DNA of 59,970 nucleotides, counting the filler, from Sphacelaria rigidula (taxonomy: Eukaryota): NCBI GenBank assembly GCA_964200075.2. It is 10 parts of 10 records of this genome, joined end to end, with 100 filler letters (N's around TTAATTAATTAA, not from the genome) between each part and the next. Parts side by side here need not be neighbours in the genome. Positions count along the whole stretch, not along the records: positions 12,017 to 17,924 come from CAXNAA020023580.1; positions 18,025 to 23,931 come from CAXNAA020023581.1; positions 24,032 to 29,938 come from CAXNAA020023582.1; 7 more parts are not named here. One strand, written 5' to 3'. Positions 12,017 to 25,647 of the stretch are shown piece by piece. Every line of letters begins with the position of its first letter. Positions within the stretch are counted from its first letter, which is position 1. The notes below the pieces were generated by a model. That model searched no databases. It was not told where the DNA came from and saw only the letters and a program-made list of their open reading frames with translations. A program made the position numbers and the translations under genes.

Positions 12017-13148
12017 CCTGTTCGAAAACACATGAGAAACTCCTGGATCTCTGTCAACCTGTTCGCACGCACAAGGGAAACTCCTGGCTCCCCTGTCAAC
12101 CTGTTCGAAAACACAAGGGATACTCCTGGCTCCCCTGTCAACCCGTTCGAAAACACATGGGAAAGTCCTGGATCTCTGTCAACCTGTTCGCGCACACAAG
12201 GGAAAGTCCTGGATCTCTGTCAACCTGCTCGAAAACACATGGGAAACTCCTGGCTCCCTGTCAACCTGCTCGAAAACATATGGGAAATCCTAACTTCCTG
12301 TCAACCTGCTCGAAAACACATGGGAAACTCTTGGATCTCTGTCAACCTGTTCGCACGCACAAGGGAAACTTCTGGCTCCCCTGTCAACCTTTTCGAAAAC
12401 ACATGGGATTGTCCTGGCTCCTTTGTCAACCTGTTCGAAAACATATGGGAAGTCCTGGCTCGCCGTCAACCTGTTCGCACACACAAGGAAAACTCCTGGC
12501 TCCCTGTCAACCTGTTCGAAAACACATGGGAAGTCCTGGCTCCCCTGTCAACCTGTTCAAAAACATATGGGAAGTCCTGGATCTCTGTCAACCTGCTCGA
12601 AAACACACGGGAAATCCTGGATCCCTGTCAACCTGTTCGAAAACATAAGGGAAACTCCTGACCCCCTGTCAACCTGTTCGAAAACACAAGGGAAACTCTT
12701 GGCTCCCTACCAAACTGTTCGAAAACATATGGGAAATCCTGAATCTCCGTCAACCTGTTCGCACGCACAAGGGAAACTCCTAGCCCCCTGTAAACCTGGT
12801 CGAAAACATATGGGAAACTCCTGACTCCCACTCCATCAGTCTCACAGCGGATGACCTGAAATTTCGAAAGCCGGAAGGATATGACCCTGTCAACCTGTTC
12901 GAAAACACATGGGAAACTCCTGGATCTCTGTCAACCTGTTCGCACGCACAAGGGAAAGTCCTGGATCTTTGTCAACCTGTTCGAAAAGACATGGGAAACT
13001 CCTGGCTCCTCTGTCAACCTGTTCGAAAACAAAAGGGAAATCCTGGCTCCCTGTCAACCTGCTCGAAAACACATGGGAAACTCTTGGATCTCTGTCAACC
13101 TGCTCGAAAACACATGGGAACTCCTGGCTCCCCTGTCAACCGTTCGAC
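12017..13148. repeat. ~40-bp minisatellite, consensus near CTGTCAACCTGTTCGAAAACACATGGGAAACTCCTGGCTCC
   Basis: Over 25 diverged tandem units with one ~60-bp interruption at ~12826-12885. Confidence 0.95.
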
Positions 13149-13471
13149 AAGGAAGATCTTGACATCTTGAGCCTTCGTCCTCGCCCATTTTCCTGTATGC
13201 AATCAAATCCTGCTTGTTCGCTGCATGGTGCAAGCATATATATATATATATATATGATTCATACAACTTTCTCGTCCATCCCTTCGATATCCGGCTTGTA
13301 TGTTGGCAACTTGCATAGTCTCCATGATAAACACACGAGTCGTTCATTACAAGTCAACGACTTCCATCAGAACATTTCCAGTGTAAATCCGGCTAAGGAA
13401 TGTGTGGAACCCATGGACTCTCGGGGCCAGAAGAATGTAGCCCTCCCCCGGGACGATCATAGCGCGCACAG

Positions 13472-13765
13472 GTAGACGGTCATCTTCGAATTGATCGTCG
13501 GAGCACGCACGTAGACGGTCATCTCCAAATGGATTGTCAGAGCGTGCACAAGTAGACGGTCATCTTCGAATTGATCGTCGGAGCACGCACGTAGACGGTC
13601 ATCTCGTAATGGATTGTCAGAGCATGCACAAGTAGACGGTCATCTTCGAATTGATCGTCGGAGCACGCACGTAGACGGTCATCTCCTAATGGATTGTCAG
13701 AGCGTGCATAAGTAGACGGTCATCTTCGAATTGATGGTCGGAGCGTGTACGAGTGTAGACGGTCA
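13472..13765. repeat. Dimeric 39+41 bp (80-bp higher-order) minisatellite
   Basis: GTAGACGGTCATCT starts at 13472, 13511, 13552, 13591, 13632, 13671 and 13712 with alternating A/B units. Confidence 0.93.
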
Positions 13766-14029
13766 ACGGGAACTGATTGAGCATCTGTCTTGTGGCCGCA
13801 TGCAAACACATTAGCATGCAGCTTCACTCATAGCCGCTCAATCGTTGTGGATCTGAGTTGATTATCACTCTCATGAGTAGCTACATGAAATTTGGCAGGC
13901 GGGCACCAACAATAATTGTTGACGAGCAACTGTTGCAGGCTTCATGCAGTCCTGTGATCCACCGCTGCGGGTAATATTGATCAAATAATGGTGTGTTCAG
14001 TAGTGGACCTGTAAACAACCACCCACGTA

Positions 14030-14920
14030 TTCACAGTCGAAATATAACTTCAAGTACATGGTTGGGTTTGATTCTTAGAATCGAAACAACTTCACAGAAC
14101 TCTCCATTTGTTTTACGCATGCATGGCTCGTTTATACTCTTTGAAGATATCTACCAAGGGAATCACGTAGAGCTTTCATCCATTTTCCATGACAAAATAG
14201 CATTTATTTCGAGCATTAATGATTTGCCCCCCCTGACCAGGTGGTAGGGTAAATACCTCATGTTTCGTTCATTCAAGCCTCGCAATTTCTCTTCACGGCT
14301 AATCGGCTTACATAGTACCGTGCCTCTTAGCATGTATGCACAACCAGTTTGACATCACGGTTACACAAACAGATTTTCGTGCACTAGCGGACGGCAACGT
14401 AACAATGTCATTCTCTATCAGTTGCACACACGATCATGTATGAGGTGCGGTTATTAGGTGCACACGGAAACGATCACCCATGTATTGAAAGTCGTGGAAG
14501 TAAAGTCAAAGTACATAATTGGGTCTGATTTCTTCAAAATCGGAGCAGACATCACATAGCCCCGAAGTTCTCAAGCATGTATGGCTCGTCCACACCCTTT
14601 GGAGCTATCCACCAAGGGCAAAACTATCAATCAGGGGGAACCACGTTGAAGTGACCTTCAATTTCCATGACAATAACACACATTTAACGCATCAATGATC
14701 TGCTCCCCCCCTGACCGGGGTAGGGTGAATACCCCATGTTGATTCAAGCTTCGCAATTTCCGTTCACGACGAATCGGCTCACATGATATCTATCGTGCCT
14801 TGTAGCATGTATGCACAGCCAGTATGGTATTACGGTCACACAAGCAGTTTCGTGAATTTGCAAAGCATAGAGTAAAACGACATTCTTTCACCGTTGCATA
14901 CGTGGTCATGCATGAGATAC
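14030..14920 (+). repeat. Diverged tandem duplication, ~460-bp period; third partial copy at ~16915-17110
   Basis: Shared blocks such as CCCCCCTGACC..GGTAGGGT.AATACC.CATGTT and TAGCATGTATGCACA.CCAGT in both halves. Confidence 0.75.
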
Positions 14921-17767
14921 TCGAGCAAGTGGTTCGCGTTCCTAAAAGTATATATATATATATATATTATGCTGTATGTACTCGGTACCAATTGTAGCCG
15001 ACAACATCTCGATAGCCCTGTGTATCTCTTCTACAGGCAGCTCATTAACTCCCATCTGCTGGTTGATATCGCGTTCAGTAGTTTCTCTCAGGCAACACTG
15101 CCATCACTACCTCATGTGTCCTCATAGTATATAGACTCGAATAAACAGTACAGTACACGGCAAAGGTTCTTCGGCATGCATAGTCCGACATTTGATATTC
15201 GATGGTGATTCGGAACAGTTTTGTTCCCACAGTAAAAGCATATTACTCATGCACTGTTTGAGTACAAAGTCAACGATTTCATCGAGGAGATGGTGCAGGC
15301 TGTAAACAGTCAGTATCGTCATCCTGTATAGCCATACTGTAACAGCATCACAATAAATATAACGGTTGCATGCCGTAAAACCCAAGTGTGTTATCGCAAC
15401 TCAATGAGCGGAGAAACACACGATTTTTAATCCAGCGGGTCTTGCTGAGTTTAAGTATGTGTGGAGCAGCCTATTGTACCGTGGTTCCATTTCATTCAGC
15501 TGTATGAAACTCCAAAAATCATAGCGTACAGCAAGAGCAGCGTCAGTTGTGAACAAGTCTAACGTTAGTCCGTCCAGCGGCGCACGACGATAGATTATAC
15601 TCGAATTAGTAAGAGTTCAACTGGTATTTACTGTCAACCTCGTCTGTATACACCATCCCGTTTCTGGTGTGCAAACGTGATGAAAACTCCCGTGTGGTAA
15701 ATACAGTAAGCACAAGCTTGATGGCTGAAGACGGCATAGTGTTGTGTTGCTCTTTTCAGCTGCATCACATAGCAGGAAGCACACAGCAGCTGTTGCATGG
15801 AAAGATTTAGTAAAGCGGTCTAGAGAGTCATCCAATCCTAGCATCCACCGTGATTCTACTCATTCAGGTCTACGCGGCAAGATTTGACCTGTCACGGCTA
15901 TATAAAGCAAGCATGAAGCTGTCTCATCTCACAGCTCCTTGCACGATCGGCTTTCACACGTCAATCCTGTGCACTCACCCGTGAAGGCGGTTTTTTATTT
16001 CAAGGCGTAAGGGAGATCACACCGCTTCAACGGTTTCATTGCTGTTCTGCGAAATATTTGACCTACCACCGCGTGGAAGCAAGCATAGCATAACATGGTC
16101 TTTTACGTGGTCCCAGGTGATACCCCCACTAGCTTCATGTAGCATCATGTTTCCCTGTATGTGGTGATTTCCTTGCTGCTTGTAGGTGAGCCTATTGTAT
16201 AACGCACGCATACTCCCGACTCACGCGCATTCCCCAATTCATTCACACGTTGTCTGGCTTCCATGCTAGCATAGTGCATAATGTCTACAATTATTACTTT
16301 CGTTGTTCAGTACCAGCCAACCACCTGGTCGATTTCGTCTCGATATATATCGGCAAAAGGAATGTACCCGTAGACCCTCAAGACCAGAAGCCCTGCCCAG
16401 ACAAACGCAGCCTTGTCTGATGGTAGTCATAGCATGCACGGACAGAAAAACCGCGATGGAATTTGATTGTCGATAGGTGCAGAGTGGACAAACAACGGGA
16501 GATGGTGTAGTGTCCGTCTGGTGGCCTCGTGCAGGTATCTTGTGACGCAGCACTCTCCGTAGCTGCCCAATCGTGGCAGTATTGAGTTGATCACCCCAGC
16601 CAGGGTGAACATGGGTAAATGGTCCCATTCCTTGAGTTAGTGATGACTGATGGTGGATCATCCTTGATTCACCGTGTTATTTCCTTTCGATAATATGGAG
16701 CGGTTAATCGAAAAGGTGTGTACATTCTAGTAGATACTGTCATAATTGCTACACACTAGTACAACGTGCACCAGCAAGGGCTAGTTGCACTACCCACTGG
16801 TCGCGCGACAGGAGCTTCACGTTAGACTGTCGACCGTTTTAGAACGGAAGCGTTCACCTCTCAACCCTCATATATATCGCGGACCATAACCGATGATTGT
16901 TTGCTCGGTTTCTTCAAAAGTTGTGAAAATAACTAAACTACACGGTTGGGTCTGGTTTTTATTTTGTATCGGAGCAGATATCCCCCAGCCCTCGAACCAT
17001 CCAGAGATGTACATTCATTCTTCATGTCAGTGAACCTCCCGCAATTCAATGACCTGTCCCCCCTGACCGGGGGAGTTCCGTGTTTCGTCCATTCGAACTT
17101 CGCAACTTCCCGTTAATGACAATTTTCTGCTCAATCTGTCTGCAGGCGTAATTCATAATTTGATGGAGACTCGCTCAGGCAGGTCGTGATAAGTTTTAGG
17201 GTTTGATAGACGGAACGTTTCGAACTACCGCGCATCGTTAGTTTCAACCGCCACATTCTTTCCATCATTTTTACCAGACACGCGGTAGCACTGTGAACCT
17301 GCATGTACCTGGCGAGTAACGGTACGCGGCGGCGTTGTGAACCCGCATCACAGTCAACATGTCAGGTTTTGAAGTCCGGTCTTTCAAGCATGGCTGGCGT
17401 CGGTGAACGGCTGACGTAGCGTCACCACAACCTGACTGCCCGCCTGGATGCGCTACAGTATTTGTCGTAAAGCTATACAGAAGCAGCGGTACCGAATTTC
17501 AGTGCATTTTTATACAGCTCAGTCACTCAATCACCGTGTGATAACATGGGTATGGTACTGTGTACATAATCAGTTTGCCCAGATGCAAGTGTGGGGTAAT
17601 TGAGAGAGGTCTGACCGCCTGGTGTACAGAAGTCGGCATACCGAAGATGTACCGGGCCCGAATCTCCTTATGAGCTGGGCCAGCCTAGAGGCTGCATGGA
17701 CGTTTCCAGGCGGATGCGCCGGCCAATATTTGGAGTTAGACCCTGAAATTTGGTATGGATTATGCAT

Positions 17768-17924
17768 GGGGCATAATAAAAATCGTGAAGAAGCACATTG
17801 AGTTGTTGTTTTTTTCGTGAGACAAGGGCGTTTTGCTGAAACCTGAAAACTGATTATTGCCCTTAACTCACGTAAAACAACAAAAAACCTCAATGTGCTT
17901 CTTCACGATTTTTTATTATGCCCC
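17768..17924. mobile_element. 157-bp foldback MITE
   Basis: GGGGCATAATAAAAATCGTGAAGAAGCACATTGAG is inverted near-perfectly at the contig end; TSD not visible. Confidence 0.8.
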
Positions 17925-18091
17925 NNNNNNNNNNNNNNNNNNNNNNNNNNNNNNNNNNNNNNNNNNNNTTAATTAATTAANNNNNNNNNNNNNNNNNNNN
18001 NNNNNNNNNNNNNNNNNNNNNNNNCCCGCCTGATTTCACCTGGCTCCTACATCATGTTCTGGCCGGGTGTTCATAATGAAGTGCCCGTATC

Positions 18092-18750
18092 GGGGGGGGG
18101 GGGGTACTCATTCGTTGCTTGCTTTGGTCGTTTGATGATTCATTGACCACGCATCCCTTTCAGGGCGTTTCTTCCGGTTCGTATTTTGTTTGGCTCGTAT
18201 TTTCCACTTTTAGGACATTTGACAAGGTTTTTGATCCCCAAACAGCGAAAATCGCGTGAAAATACCTACAGACTGTGCAATATATGTTTTCCTCGTATTT
18301 TTGTCCAGAGGCTGCTCTCGAAATCTCTGACCCAAGCGAATCGAAAAAGTGGGCTAGGCTCCTCTCGGTGGAGTGTGAAAATACCTACAGACTGTGCCAT
18401 ATATGTTTTCCTCGTAGTTTTGTCCAGAGGCCGCTCTCGAAATCTCTGACCCAAGCGAATCGGAAACGTGGGCTAGGCTCTTCTCGGTGTGAAAATACCT
18501 GCGGACTGTGCAATATATGTTTTCCTCGTAGTTTTGTCCAGAGGCCGCTCTCGAAATCTCTGATCCAAGCGAATCGAAAAAGTGGGGCTAGACCCCTCTC
18601 GGTGGGGTGATACAAAGTGTGCAAGACGTGTGGTGGCGATTTTCCCTATTTGGGGGTCAAAACCTTGTCAAATGTCCTAAAAGTGGAAGATACGAGCCAA
18701 ACAAAACGAACCGGAAGAAACGGCCTCAAGACGGAGCATCATTCCTACAC
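18092..18750 (-). mobile_element. LINE family A 3' end, split by the Harbinger-type element
   Basis: G run plus GTACTCATTCGTTGCTTGC...GACCACGCATCCCTTTC on the left; AGACGGAGCATCATTCCTAC on the right. Confidence 0.75.
18163..18725. mobile_element. PIF/Harbinger-type non-autonomous element (~90-bp TIRs, three internal ~120-bp tandem units) inserted in a LINE 3' end
   Basis: TIRs GGGCGTTTCTTCCGGTTCG.../...CGAACCGGAAGAAACGGCC; 3-bp TSD TCA at 18160-18162 and 18726-18728; removing it restores the family-A LINE sequence. Confidence 0.85.
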
Positions 18751-18989
18751 GGGAGGTTGCGGGTCATTTTCGTTCAAAACAGTCACTGATTTGTTTCACC
18801 ACACGAGTTGGATTTTTTACACAGCATTCGATATCGGGCGCGATTTCGATTTCGAACGGGTCTCGTAAGAGTTGGTTTAAATATTGACTATTAAACATCC
18901 CACAACAATTAATTGGTCTAGGCAGGTCTAGATTAGATTTTATGCTTTGTTGGATTTTTCTTCAGCGAGCATTTCCATCTTGTTTCATC

Positions 18990-19090
18990 TCGGTTACGTC
19001 TGTCGTGTGGATCATGACCACGGCTGGATCATGACTCCTGGGGGGTCAGCTCAAGTGCGACATTCAATCAAAATTACATCAATCAATCAA
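18990..19090 (+). mobile_element. Retroposon 3' end with (AATC)n tail
   Basis: TACGTCT.TC..G.GACCACGGCTGGA...GGGGTCAG..AAGTGCGACA.TCAATC; related copies at 29580-29680 (-) and 51480-51548 (+). Confidence 0.65.
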
Positions 19091-19830
19091 GATGGCGTGA
19101 ATCCATCAACGTCCTGCCTCTGGGAGACTTGAACCCCTTTAGAAGTTGGTTCGGGGGGCGGAATGCCACACATGTTGTATATTATGATCTCCTTACCAAC
19201 AACACGCTGTACTCGTACTTACGACCGCTGTGTATGGTATGAGGGAGGTGACCGCTGTCAAAGCGGTTTATCCCCAGTCAGGCCTCGCCTACAGTGAGCT
19301 TCTCCCGAAATCGCCCACCAACTGCAGGTATAGGAAAAGCTCAGTGGGCGAGGCCCGAGGAAAGCGGGGATGTACCTTTTTTCGAAAGGGGGGTGTACCT
19401 CCCACAAACCAACCATTGATGATGATAGCAAGCGCGGTACCAATGGGATTTCGTAGGGCTGGATACTGGACCAGTAACACACTGGTAGATGGCTGATGCT
19501 GGAAAGAGAGCGGCCAATACTGCCTGTACTCTACATGCTCATCTACGTCCCACTATAACGCTCATTTCTTCAACGGAAACCCAATCTAACTGCGCTTCAA
19601 GCATGGTCGGACCGCGATTTTTTGCTCTGTTGAGGCCAGGCCACGTGATAACACGCCTCCGGCGGTGCCTGAGTGCGGACCCGAGGTACTGGCAGGATAA
19701 AGTATCCGAGTTGCGTCAGCAACCAGTAAGTATATTATATGTCTACTGGCTGGCTCCGCTACTACCAGCCCTAGATTTCTGCCGGACTTCTGGGGTTTCC
19801 CCTCGTTATCGAGAGCCTCCGATGGGGGAG

Positions 19831-19862
<32 letters not shown>

Positions 19863-19968
19863 AGGGGTCTGGGCGGGGGGGAAAAAGGGCTCTAGTGTGT
19901 CCCCGGGGCCGGCGGGATTTNNNNNNNNNNGGGTGGCTGGGGGGGTCGAGGTAGGGGGGGCGGGGGGG

Positions 19969-20003
<35 letters not shown>

Positions 20004-23000
20004 GGGGGGGTAAGGGTTCTGGCCTGGGCGTAATAAGGCCTCTAGTGGTACCCTGGCGCTCGCAGTATTTCGCGCCGTCCGGACAGGCGCTTCCTCCCAC
20101 CTCTCGGTATCCTTCTCTCAACTACTGTGTTCTCCGAAACTCTGCGCCTGCAAGTTTTGGTGGATCTATTTCGAGACTCCGCTGCACGGTTTGTATTTCC
20201 ACCGCTGTGATGTATTTTCCTTGTAGCAAGCCACCCTCCTCGCCTCCCTCCCCCCACCTCCATGGATTGAATATTCTGTGTACATAATGATTTCATCGTG
20301 CATACATGAAGCGCCGTCTTGTTCAGAGGCAAAACCTCGACACTGCTCCCCGCGTACGCGCGTGTGTTTGGTGACGGCGGCGGGGTGGGGCGGATACGCA
20401 GGGTGGTGCATTTTCTGCTTCCTCCTTTTGATGACACACAAAGCGCGATGCACACGGGATCCGTTGCAGTTTGCCGAACGGTGAAAATGTGGAGCAGAGC
20501 GAATCTCTCCAAATAACACGCACGCAGAGCTTTCTTGCCACTCTCTGTCCAGTCTGTATTGTACTGCACTACACTTCGTACTGTTGTACTCGAGGGTCGA
20601 TCTGCGCCCCTCCCCCTGCTTCACCGCCCTGGCAAAGCAGTTCGTTCAACCGTTCATGTGTTGCGCAACATTTTTCTTGTACCCGCTAATGGATTTGAAT
20701 TCCAACATTTACGTCACACATATACATCATACATCAATCCATCAGCCACGCGATAGGACCGCCAGCTTTGCGCGTAAGTAAATGCGCAGATGCCACCGTT
20801 AAGAAAGTAGGGGCATCGACTATCTCTATAATAAGCACCGAACTCACATAGGACGGTTTGTTGTCGGTGTGGAAGGCGGCGAGGCTACGGCAGCGATGCT
20901 TCGATTGACTTGTGGGAAAGTGAACACATCGTGTAATCCTCCGCTCGTATACTGTGCTACACATGTATTGTCTGAAGTACACTGCATGATCAGCAGCGCA
21001 CGTGTTTTTACCGCAGGGTCAGCAGAGGGTGTCGCACGATGCTGATCTTCCGTCGCCTACTCTCAAGCTCATGTCTATACTTCCTCTCCGCCTTCGTAAC
21101 GGCCACCTCCTGTCGCCCTCCCGCACTGCTACCAACTGCCACCAACCGTCGCAAGCACCCAGTAGATTCATTGCCATCGCGCTCACGCCGTATATCCGAA
21201 GGGGCCATGTTGTGTACAATACCTCGTTCCTCGTTCCGGGCTAGCTTATCCTCTGCACCCCAGCGAACTACCATGCGTGTGTTCTCGAAAAAACGCGTGT
21301 GTAGTCGAGCTTGTATAACGTACTCAACAATCGATGGGCGTCGGTGCTGCAATACTGTGTCGTACTGCAGGTGCGACGGTACGGTACAACCGTGCTGTCA
21401 GAAGTAGTAGACGTGTAACTGACGAGGCGAAGTTTGACGTCGACAGCACTTTGGGACTTGCCCTTGAGAATCAGTCGCCGTCTCTTCAGAAAGTGGCGGG
21501 GGTGGGGTGGATGGAGGCTCTGCCCGCTCACCGCGCCAGTACCCAACTGTAGCGGCACACGGCTTATGCGGCGCCTAGAGATGATATACGACACTCCATC
21601 CCGAGAGAGAGAGAGAGAGACAGACGGCGAGATATATCTCACAATGACATACGGACTTGACGGTTGAGCCGGACGGCAAGTTGATGTTCCGCAGTGCGGA
21701 CTGAAAAACCAAACGGCGGATTCTATGACTGTTGTAGTATTGAGTTAGGGGGCGAAAACCAGGCACAACGACACGGGCACAATATTGTATTGTGCTGTCT
21801 GTACACAGGAAACGGTGTTGAGGGGAGCAGGACACCAGGTTGAGCTGAAAGGTACGGAGGAGCTGGGAAAACTTGTGACTTTGAACTTTTGTGTAAGGTG
21901 CGCCATTCATCATGAGATATGTCTGTCGGTGTATTCGACCATGTATAATAGTAGGTTTAGAGTACGAGCCATCTCCGGTTAATATTGCGAAGAACGAGAT
22001 TATTCAAAATGCTTCACCGATGTGCTGTACGGTACTCTGAGAAACGGAGCTGAGGGTCCATGAATTATACCAGTCTTTGGACACATGTTGCTACACTTGT
22101 TGGCTGCTGTAGAGCAGTTACCTGGGCTGCTGCCGCGTGGCTGTGCCACTAGGTCACGAAGTATACCACCCCCAATCTAAGTTTTGAATCTTGTAGTGTA
22201 CTTGTACCGTCGTGCTTGAATTTTCTCGGAAATTGCGGTGGTCAGGTCGCTTGCGGTCACTGTTGTAAACCGCCGAGCCTTGTAACGATGGGGCATATAA
22301 GTGTATGGTCGGTATCTTTTGCTCCGCGGCGTTTTTCGTGAGTACTTCTCGAGAACGTAGAGATCGAATAGGTGTTACTCCCTCGAGCGCAGAACCTCGT
22401 TTCGGTACAAGATGTGCGGTTGACAGTCCCGCCGAAGGTGTGCATTAACGTCATCGTCGTGTGTCATGTAACATTTGGAACACCACAGACAGTTCCGCAC
22501 TGACAGTGCGCCGCCGTTGTCCTTCTCTAGCGGGAGTCGTACACAGTCACCAAGCACCCGCACACGAGCCCACGGCTCAAATAGCACCGGCAGGGAAGGC
22601 TGGGCAAGTGTGATGTTGGACGTACGTTATGATGCTCAAGTCGGCCTTTGCCGCCGGTTGGTCCAGCTGGCCCGTCCGAATAGTAGGTAAAATGTCCGTA
22701 CGTGGGTTTTGTATCTTGGTTTCAGTGTACGTCGGTATCACCCATTTACTCCCAATAGCACCGTGGCATGGCGTTTTCAATGTCGGCAAAGCTGCCGCTA
22801 TCCATGTTGTTTCAGGTCTACATCTATGATCCACCCGTGGGGTGGGGTGGCAACAAGATTAACCCTTTGGGAATCCTCCCCTCCCGTCCCTGGTCCAGAC
22901 GCCTCATTATTTCAAGCGCTGACAACGACGAAAATATGGGAAATACCGACAAAACAACCATTTTTACGGCGGAAGGCCACAAAAGGATTGAGGTGCGATA

Positions 23001-23295
23001 CACTATTTACGGTTGCGGGTCTGAAAAACACACCTTGGGCAAAATAATGGCCCTCAGAACCTGCCAACAATCAACCATACGTTGTTAAAAAAAAACAGCA
23101 CCTCGAAATCAGCACTTTTCACTTTTCCATTGCCAGTACCAAAAGGGTCAGATTTTCACCACCGCCCGACTAAAGCGAGACTTGATGTCGTCAACGGAAT
23201 GCATGGTGCGGCTGCTCGCAAAACTTGCTGGTGCGCAGCGGTTGAGCGATGTCCTTCCGGAATTCAGACTTAATCCTACAAACCGCTGCGCAACG

Positions 23296-23655
23296 GGTCG
23301 CCCCGGTGGCTCAGTCGGTAACCTCGACACCTTCGGCCGGTTGGGCCGTGGGTTCGAATCTCGGAGCAATCTCGGATTTTTTCTCACACCATGCCCAACA
23401 GTGGAGACCGACTATGTCGTGGGTACACGACATTCGACTCTACGGTCGACGAGGGAAAGGGAGTGCTGAACCCCTCTCGCGATAAAAAATAAAAGGCAAG
23501 CACCGCAGAAGGAAGGTGGGGTACTAAAATTAAACAAGAAACATAAAAACTCCTGTGTTGACCTTCCTCCTGTGTGACCCCGGCTGGTGCGCGCCCACAT
23601 ACACCGAAAGGTGTAGACGGGCGTCCAGAATGGATGGGACGACAACACACACACA
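23296..23655 (+). mobile_element. tRNA-derived SINE with (CA)n tail
   Basis: A box TGGCTCAGTCGG, B box GGTTCGAATC, (CA)n tail, near-perfect TSD CTGCGCA(A)CG at 23286-23295 and 23656-23664; second copy at 45891. Confidence 0.85.
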
Positions 23656-23806
23656 CTGCGCACGAACTAGGTATCGATATCTCCGCCAAGCTCACATGGC
23701 ACACGCACTAAACCCTTAGATAGCGAGCGTCGTGTCGGAACACTTTCACAAGCTGACAGTCCGGAGAAATCCGGCGGTTCCCAGGGGGCTAGGGAGGTGG
23801 TTTTTG

Positions 23807-23890
23807 AGGGAGGGGAGGGGGTTGTACTCATGATCATGCATGCCATAGTCATATGACCATTGACCTCGCATCCCTACAAAGCCGGAAGTG
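23807..23890 (-). mobile_element. LINE-related 3' end (family B) with C-rich tail
   Basis: Reverse strand reads CCGGCTTTGTAGGGATGCGAGGTCAATGGTCATATGACTATGGCATGCATGATCATGAGTAC then C-rich tract; copies near 29869, 41309, 48059 and 53800. Confidence 0.75.
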
Positions 23891-25647
23891 CGCAGGGAGG
23901 GGAAGGGGGGGAGGTCTAGGCGGGAACAGGCNNNNNNNNNNNNNNNNNNNNNNNNNNNNNNNNNNNNNNNNNNNNTTAATTAATTAANNNNNNNNNNNNN
24001 NNNNNNNNNNNNNNNNNNNNNNNNNNNNNNNAACACCGGGGTTGGTCCTTGCGCATTTGGGAGTCATGCAATGTTGCACGGGACTGTGCTGTCATGGAAC
24101 CCATCATGACAGAACGGTCAACGCTAGCGTACCCACACCACAAGCGAGAACCCACGCTGGCCGACGAGGATTTTGTTAAGTGGTGATGGTGCACTGGCTG
24201 AGTGAAAGAAATATATTGCCGCGGTTTGTTTTTGAAAGTTGCTGGGGTCCGACGGTGGACCTGTGGTCGACAATGGGATTTGAAGTCGAAGTGTTACGCT
24301 TCGTCGTGGGAGACAGCACAGTTGTTGAGGGCTGCGGCGAAGCGAGCAAAAAAATAGATAAACACAGTGGCAGGGTACTGTCGACAGTTTTCGATCGACA
24401 CGTAGGTCCGCGCACTCCGCACATGTAGCGGTATATCACCTTTTTAATTAGATGCAGACGAGAGGGAAAAAAAAAAATATATATATATATATGTCGAAGG
24501 CACACAACAAACCGCATGTGTGTGTGTTGGAATAAATTGTAACAGCAAGAGACAAGAAAACGAAGGTTGTCACAATCAACAGACATACAGTGTATTTCAT
24601 CAGCGCAACAGCGCATTAACAAATCTGCATGCCACGAAGGAATAGACGTGTCGGATGCAGCGAACAGCAACGTCAAACCGCTCAGTTCTATTTTGAGAAC
24701 ACGTTGAGGCTGAGAAACAAAATAACTACCGGATGCCGTGTGTCTAGAGGCAAGACCAGCGCAGCTGGCGATACTTACTACAGTACCGCGTAGTTCGCTG
24801 AAAATCGCCGAGTCGGGGTCGATGACGTATCGTCGTGGAGGTAAACAGTCAATAAATGTACAAGCGCAACCGTAATACAAATATGGAGTGCAGTACAACA
24901 GCAGCATACAAAGCACCAGACAGCAAAATGCACGGTGGCACACCACAGTACATATGATCTTCGCGTGGGGTAGCGGAGGGTCGGGTCAATGGTGCTGTAC
25001 CGACGTCAATTCGTTCGTATTACACGAAGAACACCCAACACCCACTATATCCGCGCTGTGTTCATATCTACAATGCAATATAGATGATTTCGTTCAGATA
25101 GTGCAGCAGTAACGACGGATGCACACCACTGTACCTCGCCGTCCGCAACATATTGCCCGCCGAGACCATTTCGAACTCACACAGACAGGACCTGAGGAAG
25201 AGGGTGGTACTGCAGTGCTATCACGGATGTTTGGTTCACATACATAGCACAGGGTGGGGTCGGATGATGTACAGTCAACACCCAGGCTGGGCACAAAACA
25301 AATGTGCTGCACGGTGAGCATATTTTGAGACAGCAAGAGGCGGTGAACATTAGCTACTGAAGAATAAAAGGCCGGCGGTGCATGCGGCGGGGTGGGTGTA
25401 GCGAAAGGAAGCACGCTGATACAGTGCCGGTGGTGGTAAAAAAGACTTGGAAGCTAATAATGTACGGGCAGCTCATGTGGGAAAAAATGTAATGGGGCAG
25501 GAGAGTCACGGTATAAATTGGACTCTACATGGTGACTCGCATCCGCTACAGAGTAGATCGGTATCATTACTGGGGCAGTTGCCACAAAGAGGCAGCTGGG
25601 ACGAGCAGGTGAGGATGGTGGGGGGGCAAGTGCTATTGCGCGCGTAC

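Noticed and set aside
12032..13475. Repetitive ORFs up to 209 aa
   Set aside because: Products of a 40-bp repeat open in several frames on both strands; unit length is not a multiple of 3.
13472..13765. CRISPR-like array with a constant GTAGACGGTCATCT repeat
   Set aside because: The intervening sequences are themselves repeated in A/B alternation, there are no cas genes, and the context is eukaryotic.
19636..22690. Scattered exon-like pieces in contig 4 (about 19636-19725, 21810-21852, 22600-22685)
   Set aside because: Splice-like signals exist, but I could not build a consistent frame or recognise a domain.
23296..23370. Functional tRNA gene
   Set aside because: A and B boxes are present but no proper acceptor stem; it continues into a repeated body with tail and TSD, so it is a SINE.
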